DNA from: a bacterium
GTDB lineage: Bacteria; SAR324; NAC60-12
Length of the DNA: 64,000 nt
Direction: 5' to 3'
Assembly: GCA_965209155.1 (NCBI GenBank)
Contig: OZ242383.1
Location: forward strand, 320,001 to 384,000
Of the stretch, positions 9,934 to 18,600 are shown piece by piece. Position 1 is the first letter of the stretch. Each line of letters starts with the position of its first letter. The position numbers were made by a program, and so were the translations under genes. Under the pieces are notes generated by a model, which was not told where the DNA came from, did not search any database, and worked only from the letters and a program-made list of their open reading frames with translations.

Positions 9934-9993
9934 GATGAATCAGGAGAATCCAATGAGTGAACCGTCATTTAAAATGAGCGATTTATTTTCTAT

Positions 9994-10089
9994 ATTTACC
10001 TCGCTTCTCCAGCAGCCTCCTACCTCAATGGTGTTGTGATTCCGGTGGATGGGGGATTTGTATCAAATGACGTTTGTGGCCAAGGATGA
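9994..10089 (+). pseudogene. C-terminal fragment of a short-chain dehydrogenase/reductase
   Basis: Translates IYLASPAASYLNGVVIPVDGGF, matching the classical SDR C-terminal motif; no start or N-terminal part. Confidence 0.7.
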
Positions 10090-10358
10090 CGCTGATCTTG
10101 AAATCATTTTATTTTTTATCTGAGCGGAGTGGAAAGGAGGAGCAAGAAAGGACCGACTCACTTCAGCCAGTTTTCACCGCTGTTGTATGAAATTTTTAGC
10201 AAGACCTTGTTTGAAAACGGTTTCATCAGTGCGCATTATTTAAATGTTGAGGGGAAGCTTACATCTCGAACTTCCAATCGCTCACTTTCATCTTCATGAC
10301 CTCTTTGGTATCCTTACCTAAAAAACCTGCATTCTAATTTCGAAATGGAGAAAATCGT

Positions 10359-10613
10359 ATGAAATGGTCAAAGATCCGCCAACAATATCCTGACAAATTT
10401 ATTTTGATTGGAAATCTTGTCGAAGAGTCGATTTCTAACACAAAGTCGAAAATACTCGAAGGAAAAGTATTAGAAGTCAGCGATGATGGGAAAGAGATTA
10501 GAAGGAAATACCGAGAATATAAACAACGAGGGTTCAATGTCCTATATGCCCTGCCCTCCACCTCACAAGAATTTATTGTTGAGAATGTTCCATTCAAAGG
10601 CATCCTCAAATGA
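10359..10613 (+). CDS. Small hypothetical protein (MxWxxIRxxYPxxF type; partner of the downstream aspartyl-protease-like gene)
   Basis: RBS GGAG; 84 aa; ATGA overlap with the next ORF. Confidence 0.65.
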   Translation: MKWSKIRQQYPDKFILIGNLVEESISNTKSKILEGKVLEVSDDGKEIRRKYREYKQRGFNVLYALPSTSQEFIVENVPFKGILK

Positions 10614-10702
10614 AATTTAAATTCAAAGACGGATTAATATGGGTTTCAATAGAGCTTGTTTACGAAAACAAACCCTACGCAATCAATAATTGTATCATAG
10701 AT
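10610..10702 (+). pseudogene. Truncated retropepsin-like aspartyl protease
   Basis: MKFKFKDGLIWVSIELVYENKPYAINNCIID breaks off where the D-T-G motif is expected, then runs into unrelated sequence. Confidence 0.55.
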
Positions 10703-10924
10703 AGAGATCTTTTCTCTTCTCGATCTTCTTCTTTCCAAGGGTGCCCCTTGTCAAGCGTTCAAAAAAAGGGTCAAATCCTTTTTTGCTTTATCCAAGGTTT
10801 AAATGTGGGGTAATCCCTTGATACTCTTTGCTCCGCAGAGGGTCTTCCACTCCAGGGGACATCGTAGTGACCCTGACTGGTGAGCAGGACTAGTTGGAGT
10901 ATCGCTTGTGAGAGGCATAGAATT

Positions 10925-11749
10925 TTAGCGGGGATCCACATCTTTCTCTTGGAGGAGAGCCCGCAGCCTTTCGACTTCTGCAAGCGCTTTTTCTTTTTGT
11001 TGTCGCTCTTTTTCTTTTTGTTGTCGCTCTTTTTCTTTTTGTTGCCGCTCTTGTTGGAGGCTTTTCAGGAGGAAGGGTTGGTAGAGAGGATCCTCGATTA
11101 ATGTTTCAAAGGCCACCTGTTTTTCTAAATCCTGAAGACGAAAGGCGAAACGATCCAAGACTCCGGAATGAATCACGCCGGGCTCTTGGCTCTCCATCTT
11201 TTCATAAACCCCCTGCTCATTGAGAGCGTAGAAGGCGGTGTGCTTGTGCAAACGGTCTATTATATAATATTCAGCCACTCCCACTTTGGCATATTCTTCT
11301 TTTTTGTGCACCGTATCCCGTTCCATCTCCTCGGGAGTCGAGTCGGATAAAAACTCTATACAGAGGTCACACACTCCCTGAAACGAACGATCCAACGGTT
11401 TGGCCTCCACAGGATTGGAGTGGAGAATCACGGCCAAATCCGGTTTCCGTATGCTGACTTTATCCCCCAAATCCAAACGAAAGCCCATTTCCAAACCCAT
11501 CAGTTGACCCGTTGGAAACACTTTGAGATACTCTTCCAAGAGTTGTAAAAACCAACGATAGATTTGAAAGCTTAAATAATCTGGCATTGGCTTTTCCTCC
11601 AAGAGTCCATTGTTCCATTCATATTGACCATCCGAGTGTTCGTAATATACCTTCCAATACTCAGCCTCACTCACCCTGAGCGGCTCCTTGGCAGAGGGAG
11701 GCAACCGTGTTGGAGAGGAGTGATTTTTGACGGATTCTAAAGTAGTCAT
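10925..11749 (-). CDS. Uma2 (DUF820) family PD-(D/E)XK endonuclease-like protein with C-terminal coiled-coil repeats
   Basis: YEWNNGLLEEKPM, RKPDLAV, DLCIEFLSDS, DTVHKKEEYAKVGVAEYYIID; start set at MTTLES. Confidence 0.88.
   Translation of the reverse strand: MTTLESVKNHSSPTRLPPSAKEPLRVSEAEYWKVYYEHSDGQYEWNNGLLEEKPMPDYLSFQIYRWFLQLLEEYLKVFPTGQLMGLEMGFRLDLGDKVSIRKPDLAVILHSNPVEAKPLDRSFQGVCDLCIEFLSDSTPEEMERDTVHKKEEYAKVGVAEYYIIDRLHKHTAFYALNEQGVYEKMESQEPGVIHSGVLDRFAFRLQDLEKQVAFETLIEDPLYQPFLLKSLQQERQQKEKERQQKEKERQQKEKALAEVERLRALLQEKDVDPR
10988..11050. repeat. 21-bp tandem repeat x3 encoding ERQQKEK in the Uma2 tail
   Basis: TTTTTCTTTTTGTTGTCGCTC repeated three times, the third with one change. Confidence 0.9.
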
Positions 11750-11832
11750 GATGTCCTCGATGGGAAGGAGAGGTAAAATTTGTCGTCTTTTCAAAAACAT
11801 AACACATTGTGCGGAGGACAGCAATTTTTCTT

Positions 11833-12134
11833 ATGGATCAGCGGTTGTGGGAAAACAGGATCCGGAGAAAGGAGAGGTTCCCGTGGCGTTTATCCAATTG
11901 AGACCCGAGTTTTCCGACTGGAGTGTCGACGCATTACGCAGCTGGTGTCAAGAAAACATAGCCACCTACAAAGTACCGCAAATCCGGTTGATTGACGAAT
12001 TCCCCCTCACCACCACCGGCAAGGTGAAAAAAGAAGTGTTGAAAAAAGAATTCCTGAAGGTCTCTGACTTTTGAGATGAATCAGGAGAATCCAATGAGTG
12101 AACCGTCATTTAAAATTAGCGATTTATTTTCTAT
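11833..12134 (+). pseudogene. Third, partial copy of the acyl-CoA ligase 3' end plus downstream flank (direct repeat of 9692-9993)
   Basis: 302 bp from ATGGATCAGCGG to TTATTTTCTAT; encodes GSAVVGKQDPEKGEVPVAF...KVSDF. Confidence 0.93.
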
Positions 12135-12202
12135 TGAAGGCAATAGTTCGTTGGGTCGTATCGGCACACCGGCGGATTTGGTTTCTTGGGAAATTAATGG
12201 AG

Positions 12203-12769
12203 AGTCATCACCACCGGCAGAGCCGGTGGCTTGAAGCGGCCCCCAGGATGGGGGCAAAACGTGTTCGTCATCGTAAGACGTGCTCGTGCTCGTGAACGAA
12301 AAAGGCTGCCATGTTAGATCATGAAAAACTCGATGTATACCAATGTTCCATCAAATTTTTAGCGTTATCTGTCCAAGTCATCGAAACATTGCCAAAAGGA
12401 TACTCAGCCTTAGTTGACCAACTGAAAAGGGCCTCATGGTCGATTCCTCTCAATATCGCAGAAGGCTGTGGAAAAAGTTCCCTTCCTGACAAGCAACGAT
12501 TCTATGCGTTTGCCCGAGGTTCCGCAATGGAATGCGCTGCTATTCTCGATGTTTTAAACGTGTTGAAGATCATCCAGCCTTCTTTATTTGACGAAGGAAA
12601 ACAGTTACTTCATCGCATTGTTTCTATGTTAACCAAAATGTGCCGTCGATTTCACTGACCGTTCACGAGCACGAGCACGGCCCACGGACACGGATACGTT
12701 TCTCATGTCTGACCGGCAAAGCCTATTAGGTTCGCACCAGCAGAGCTGGTGGTTTAATGAGATTAATTA
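12203..12769. mobile_element. 567-bp non-autonomous hairpin-ended cassette carrying a four-helix-bundle gene (copy 1)
   Basis: Near-identical to 25199-25765 in an unrelated context; terminal hairpins CCACCGGC-AGA-GCCGGTGG and CACCAGC-AGA-GCTGGTG; internal 20-bp inverted repeat around the gene. Confidence 0.8.
12311..12658 (+). CDS. Four helix bundle protein (23S rRNA IVP / bAvd-like fold family)
   Basis: HEKLDVYQ, LVDQLKRASWSIPLNIAEG and ARGSAMECAAILD family motifs. Confidence 0.93.
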   Translation: MLDHEKLDVYQCSIKFLALSVQVIETLPKGYSALVDQLKRASWSIPLNIAEGCGKSSLPDKQRFYAFARGSAMECAAILDVLNVLKIIQPSLFDEGKQLLHRIVSMLTKMCRRFH

Positions 12770-13075
12770 TGCATGAGACTGAGGAGGTACTACATCAAAC
12801 TTAACACCCAAAGCAAATAATAAACGACGTATTGTTTCAAAGCGCGGTTTCGCGCCAGGTTTTAGAGCTTTGTACAAACTCTCTCTGCCTAGACCAGCGT
12901 TTTCAGCAACTGTTGAGATACCTCTCGCCTTTGCTACATCTCGAACCGCGACTAAAAACACATCCGGATCAGGGTTTTCCAACGCGACTGAAAGGTATTC
13001 CGCAATAGTCTCCTCGTTGTCAAGGTAATCACTTGCGTCAAATGGAGCAATACCAAGTAGATTTTCTTTTTTCAT
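12767..13075 (-). CDS. Addiction module antidote protein (HI1420-like HTH antitoxin)
   Basis: FDASDYLDNEETIAEYL, VAKARG..VAENAGLGRESLYKAL, PRFETI. Confidence 0.92.
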   Translation of the reverse strand: MKKENLLGIAPFDASDYLDNEETIAEYLSVALENPDPDVFLVAVRDVAKARGISTVAENAGLGRESLYKALKPGAKPRFETIRRLLFALGVKFDVVPPQSHA

Positions 13076-13278
13076 GATTCTTCCTCTTTTAACACCATTG
13101 CCATGTCATAAGCTTTGGCAATATCTCGTTGTTGGTTACGCTTAATCCCACCACAGAGCAGAATATAAACTACTGGTCCAATTTGCGTAAAATATAGGCG
13201 ATAGCTTGGACCAATGTGAATTCGCATTTCTGAGACGCTTTGACCAACTGAATCACAATCACCAAAGTTTCCACGCTT
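13072..13278 (-). pseudogene. 5'-truncated addiction module killer (HI1419-like RelE-fold toxin)
   Basis: Manual translation KRGNFGDCDSVGQSVSEMRIHIGPSYRLYF...LLCGGIKRNQQRDI...; ATGA overlap with the antitoxin; N-terminal part absent. Confidence 0.85.
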
Positions 13279-13443
13279 AAATAGGGTGGTTGAAGGCGAA
13301 GAGGTCAGAGCCTTTGTCGAATTGCCCGAAAAGGCAAAAATTCTTATGCCAATTACGAGAAAGAGGCTCAGGGATCAGGAAAAGTCTAGGAGACTCCCTG
13401 GAACCTTTTATGATGAAGGAAAATAATTTGTTGGTGCTGTATT

Positions 13444-13779
13444 TCAACGAGTGTGAAGAACCTGTTCAAGAGTGTCCGCTACCCATTTGTTCAGGCTTTT
13501 ACCAGCTTGAACAGCGGCTACAGCTATTTCACCATGTAGTGAGGAATCTACCCTGATCACAAATTTTCCAGAAAAAGGTTTGTTGGGCTCCCGCCCAGCC
13601 TTCTCACAACTCTCAAGATAGAAATCAACTGCTTCTTGAAAAGCCTCTTTCAATTCACTGACGGATTCCCCATGAAAACCAACTGTATCACGAATACCAA
13701 TAATATTACCAAATAGAATATTATCCTCCGGGTCAAATTCAATCTTGGCTGTATAGCCCTTATAGCTAAGTGTATTCAT
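13444..13779 (-). CDS. hicB: HicB family antitoxin
   Basis: YKGYTAKIEFD, FHGESVSELKEAFQEAVDFYL, FSGKFVIRV, SLNKWV. Confidence 0.92.
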   Translation of the reverse strand: MNTLSYKGYTAKIEFDPEDNILFGNIIGIRDTVGFHGESVSELKEAFQEAVDFYLESCEKAGREPNKPFSGKFVIRVDSSLHGEIAVAAVQAGKSLNKWVADTLEQVLHTR

Positions 13780-13919
13780 GTTGTTACCCCAACTCTAATT
13801 AAGAATTCATTGGCATTTCTTACCTGATATCGTTTTGCCTCTTTACCAGGGTGAAGCCTGTGAAAGTCACCTTTTTCATCATTGATGATAAAGGATACTC
13901 GTTAGCCATCTCCCTCTTG
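13776..13919 (-). pseudogene. hicA: HicA toxin remnant (truncated, internal stop)
   Basis: QEGDG*RVSFII..FHRLHPGKEAKRYQVRNANEFL..GVTT; in-frame TAA at 13902-13904; ATGA overlap with hicB. Confidence 0.82.
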
Positions 13920-14009
13920 TTTCCTCGGCATCAAATACGCCATACCGATGTGGAACTGTTAAGCGCCCAAGGGGATGGCTGAGATGCACTAGTGGATGAA
14001 AGTGGGCTA

Positions 14010-14303
14010 TTAGAAATTGGATTCAACATCCATTGATTTATGCAGGTCTCGTATGATTTCAACCGATCCTTTCAGATCTTGTCTGTAAAAAATTAAGTGA
14101 CTGCCTTGAGGAAATTTTCGATAACCTTTTGCGATAAAATCACAAACGATTCCAAGGTTGGGATTTTCGGCGAGTTGAGAGAAACAATTGTCTAAATGTT
14201 TGAGGTAGGCGTTTCGTTGAGATTCGCCCCATTTCTCGGCGGTGAACCGACCAATATCTAATAGATCCGCCTGCGCTTTCTTAGTAATTTTATAGAAGGA
14301 CAT
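14010..14303 (-). CDS. parE: ParE/RelE family toxin
   Basis: AQADLLDIGRFTAEKWG, LAENPNLG, HLIFYR, LHKSMD. Confidence 0.9.
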   Translation of the reverse strand: MSFYKITKKAQADLLDIGRFTAEKWGESQRNAYLKHLDNCFSQLAENPNLGIVCDFIAKGYRKFPQGSHLIFYRQDLKGSVEIIRDLHKSMDVESNF

Positions 14304-14542
14304 TAATGCGATTCGTTATCAAGTGTTTGAATCAATTTTCCGTAAGAATAGTCTGCGAATCCACTTTTTTCCCCTTCTTCAAGCATATTGCGCAGCGTTT
14401 CAAGCTTGATTTCTGTGTTTTCAAGAATTCGTAACCCCGCTCTTACTACATCACTGACCGAGCTATAGCGTCCACTCTTGATTTGCTCGGCGATAAACGA
14501 ATCAAAGTGGGGAGTGAGAGTAATGCTTGTATTTTTAGACAT
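14303..14542 (-). CDS. parD: ParD family antitoxin (ribbon-helix-helix)
   Basis: NTSITL..FIAEQIKSGRYSSVSDVVRAGLRILE..EEGEKSG; translationally coupled to parE. Confidence 0.9.
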   Translation of the reverse strand: MSKNTSITLTPHFDSFIAEQIKSGRYSSVSDVVRAGLRILENTEIKLETLRNMLEEGEKSGFADYSYGKLIQTLDNESH

Positions 14543-14816
14543 AAAACAATTTCATTTGAGTTAATGAATACTAATAATTGGTATTATATGCGTAAAAGCA
14601 TACCAATTCAATACAACTGAATTTTCCATTTGGCTCTAAAAGCAATTTTTGGAATTGTGAATGGCTGTCCTCAAGGATAAAAATTAACAACATTTTAACT
14701 TTTAAAAAACATGATGGAAAAGATTGTGGATGTTAAGGAATTTAAAGAGCTTCATTTTAAGTCATTGGCGGAATGGAATACCCGTCGGCCGAATTTAGAA
14801 AGAGTTGAGGAATAAG

Positions 14817-15496
14817 ATGACAAAAGAACCGCTCTGTCGTCCCAGTCCTCCTCGTCAAACAACTGCCCTCGGTGGAAACCGTTATTTTTATTCCTTATCT
14901 CCATGCATCCAATGAATTGGATCTTAGTTCTGTGAGGGAAGGCAAACCACCCCAAGTGGTTTCCTTTGCAGAGACCATCAGCACACCCTCTGAACCTGAT
15001 TTTAACCCGGTGCCCTTTGCTCACCCGCTGGAGAACTGGTGATGACGAAACCAATTCCCTCCCTGCCTATCGGGTTTTGGGGAGATCCTGAGTGTCGGCG
15101 TTACTATGAAAGTTATTTCGACACCTTTCCTGGTGTATGGCGGCACGGGGACTGGCTGCAATTGATTTCCCATCCAGAGGCTGTCGGAGGCATTGTTTTC
15201 GGCCGCTCCAATGCCACGATCAACCGCCAAGGCATTCGTATGGGGAGCAGTGAGATTTATAGAGTGGTGGAATCCTTCCCTGAAGTGGCCGATTCCTTCT
15301 CTCGGCTCGCCACGCCCCCAATGAGATCTTTGCGATTCAGGCGGTCCCTTACACGATCTCAGGTAAAAAAATGGAAGTCCCTGTCAAGAAAATTTTGTTG
15401 GGCCAGTCCGCCAATACCTCAGCCAACCGTGATGCCATGGGCAATCCGGAATCCAAAAACTGGTTTGTTGAATTTGCTCGCGGTAGAAATTCTTGA
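14817..15496 (+). pseudogene. Internally deleted acetoacetate-CoA ligase relic
   Basis: GELVMTKPIPSLPIGFWGD..YFDTFPGVWRHGDW..GRSNATINRQGIRMGSSEIY, then in another frame VPYTISGKKMEVPVKKIL...RNS*; possible N-terminus MTKEPLCRPSP at 14817 (weaker). Confidence 0.75.
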
Positions 15497-15559
15497 TACC
15501 ATGCCGCCCATGGGTTTCAGGAAGGAACGGATTGGAAGAAAATGTAAAACGCCGTTTCT

Positions 15560-15589
15560 TTGGTCCAATACTTCACATCCTGACATAAT
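15560..15589 (+). promoter_or_regulatory. Putative sigma70-type promoter present only in copy 2
   Basis: TTGGTC-N18-CATAAT with TG at the extended -10 position, 23 bp before ATG 15613. Confidence 0.35.
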
Positions 15590-15612
15590 TTACTTCATCG
15601 TATAGGAGTTCC

Positions 15613-18600
15613 ATGAAATTCAATCGTATTCTCATCGCCAATCGTGGAGAAATCGCCATCAGAATTGCTCGGGCTGCAACCGACTTAGGGTTACGCACGG
15701 TTGCCATTTATTCTGAAGATGACGCTCAATCATTACACACCCGAATGGCTGATGAAGCTCACCGCTTAGCGGGGCATGGCGTCTCCGCTTATCTCGACAT
15801 CGACGGTGTGATTCAAGCAGCCAAAACCACGCAATGCGAGGCCATCCACCCGGGTTATGGATTTTTAGCGGAAAATGGCATGTTTGCCCGTCGCTGCCAG
15901 GAAGCCGGATTGACCTTCATTGGTCCGGCAGTGGAAGTGTTGGAATTGTTTGGTGACAAAGGACGAGCACGGGCAGCGGCGGCGGCAGCGGACGTTCCCA
16001 TTGTGCGAGGCATCAACCAGGCCGTCTCTGTAGACGAAGCGCAGGATTTTTTTGCATCCCTCGATCCGGGCAGCGGTATGATGATTAAAGCGGTCGCCGG
16101 AGGGGGAGGCCGGGGGGCTCGAGCGATCACCCGGGTTGAGGAGATTGAAGCGGCCTATCAAAGATGCCAGTCTGAGGCGCTCAGTGCCTTTGGCAATGGC
16201 GATCTCTACGTGGAAGAGCTGATCAATCCGGCCCGCCACATTGAAGTTCAAATTCTTGGAGATTTAAACGGAAGCGTGATGAACCTGGGTGAGCGTGATT
16301 GTAGCATTCAGCGGCGCTATCAAAAAATGGTGGAGATAGCCCCTGCTCCCAACCTGCCGGAAAAGTTGCGCTCGGATATGATTGATGCGGCTATGCGATT
16401 GGCCAAGAACGTTTCCTACACCAATCTCGGTACCATTGAATTTTTAGTCAAAAATCATCCCGGAGCAGAAGAGCTGCCCTTTGCTTTTATAGAAGCCAAC
16501 GCCCGTTTACAAGTTGAACACACCGTGACGGAAGCCGTCACGGGAGTCGACCTGGTTCAGACGCAAATTTGCCTCGCCGCGGGAGAGTCTCTGCACGCCC
16601 TGGGATTAGAGACAGCGGGTATCGACAAACCTCGGGGTTATGCCATTCAAACCCGGATTAACATGGAGACCTTGACGGCTGATGGCAGCATTCGTCCGGC
16701 AGGGGGGACCCTGTCTGCTTATGAGGTGCCCGGAGGTGCTGGAGTGCGGACGGATGGATTCGGCTATAGCGGGTATGAAACGAATCCTGCCTTCGACTCC
16801 TTGCTGGCCAAATTAATCGTCCACACCCCCTCATCTGATTTTGCCAGGGTGCTCTCGAAAACAAGACGGGCGCTCAATGAGTTTCGTATTGAAGGAGTCG
16901 CCACCTCGATTCCTTTTTTACAAAACCTGCTGCAGCATCCCGATGTGGCTTCCTGGCAAGTGCATACCCGATTTGTCGAAGAGAACCTGACGTGGCTCAC
17001 TCAAATTGATCCAACTAGCCAATCCCGCTACTTTAACACGACCCAACCCCCGTCGAATGAAAAACCGGATATCCACTCCGCCGGCTTGGCAGGCGCCCGG
17101 ATCGATACCCAGGATCCCCTGGCTCTTTTCTCACATGATCAGGCCATGAAAAAAGCGCAAAGCGAGTCAGCTTCAGAAGCTGAAACGGCTGCCCCAGACC
17201 TGGCCGGACCCGACGGGACCATCGCCCTCCCTGCCCCCATTCAAGGGACGATCGTCAGTGTGATGGTTGCTGAAGGGGATACCATCAACCGGGGTCAACC
17301 ACTGGCCGTCTTGGAAGCGATGAAAATGGAACATGTCATTTCAGCCGATCACAGTGGGACCATCCGGCGCGTTACCCTGGCGGTTGGGGATGTCATCCGT
17401 GAGGGATATCCTCTCTTTTTTATTGAAACCAGTGAAGACCAAACCGATGCAGACGAGGTTGCCGATACCATTGACTTGGATTATATCCGGCCTGACTTGG
17501 AGGAGACCTACCAACGACATGCCTGCACTTTAGACGAAAACCGGCCTGAGGCGGTGGCCCGGCGCCGAAAAACCGGGCAACGGACAGCCCGGGAAAATAT
17601 TATTGATCTTTGTGATCCCGATTCCTTCATCGAATTTGGTCCCCTGGTCGTTGCCGCCCAGCGGGCACGCCGGGAGGAAGAATGGCTCCGCAAATACACT
17701 CCCGCCGATGGTTTATTAGCCGGTATCGGAACGGTCAATGGGGAACTGTTTGAAGGAGAGGATGCGCGGTGTATGGCCATTGCCTATGATTATACCGTTT
17801 TGGCAGGGACCCAGGGGATGCGAAATCATTACAAACAAGATCGCATGTTTCATCTGGCAGATCGTTATCAATTACCAATAGTCGTTTTCACAGAGGGAGG
17901 AGGGGGACGACCTGGAGATACCGATGGCGCGTCCCCGGTGGGCATGGATGTTTATACCTTCACTCAGTTCTCAAAACTCAGTGGACTCGTACCGCTGGTG
18001 GGGGTCAACTCAGGACGCTGTTTTGCCGGAAATACCGCGCTCCTGGCATGCTGTGACGTTATCATTGCCACTGCTAATTCAACAATAGCTATGGGGGGGC
18101 CTGCCATGATTGAAGGAGGAGGGCTCGGCATCTATACGCCTGAAGAGGTTGGCCCCATGTCCTTCCAGGTTCCGAACGGTGTCGTTGATATCCTGGTCGA
18201 AGATGAGGACGCCGCAGTAGCCACAGCGAAAAAGTACCTTTCCTACTTTCAAGGCCCTCTCCCGGACTGGGAGTCTCCGGATCAAAGGATTTTGCGGCAC
18301 ATTATTCCCGAGAACCGGGTCAGAATGTACAATGTGCGGGATATCATCGAGACCCTGGCCGATCGCGATTCGGTGCTGGAGATCCGTAAAGATTTCGGGA
18401 TTGGGATTCTCACCGCATTGATTCGAATCGAAGGCCATCCTTTCGGGCTGATTGCCAACAATCCCCACCACCTGGCCGGAGCCATCGATAGTGACGGAGC
18501 GGATAAAGGAGCACGGTTTCTACAGCTTTGTGATGCTTTTGATCTTCCCGTAGTGAGTTTGATGGACTGCCCCGGCATTATGGTCGGCCCTGAGGTGGAA

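Larger units (their letters stand above)
4722..9940 (+). repeat. Segmental duplication unit 1 (carboxylase + ligase), paired with 15503-20778
   Basis: Shared from GCCGCCCATGGGTTTCAGG to TGAGATGAAT; many scattered substitutions between the copies. Confidence 0.97.

Noticed and set aside
11727..12295. ORFs 11727-12074 and 12098-12295 (and likewise 4600-4878 and 15039-15605) as real genes
   Set aside because: They are chance fusions of duplicated or relic fragments with unrelated sequence.
12767..14542. Integron cassette array of TA genes
   Set aside because: No integrase, and no recognisable repeated attC structure between the modules.
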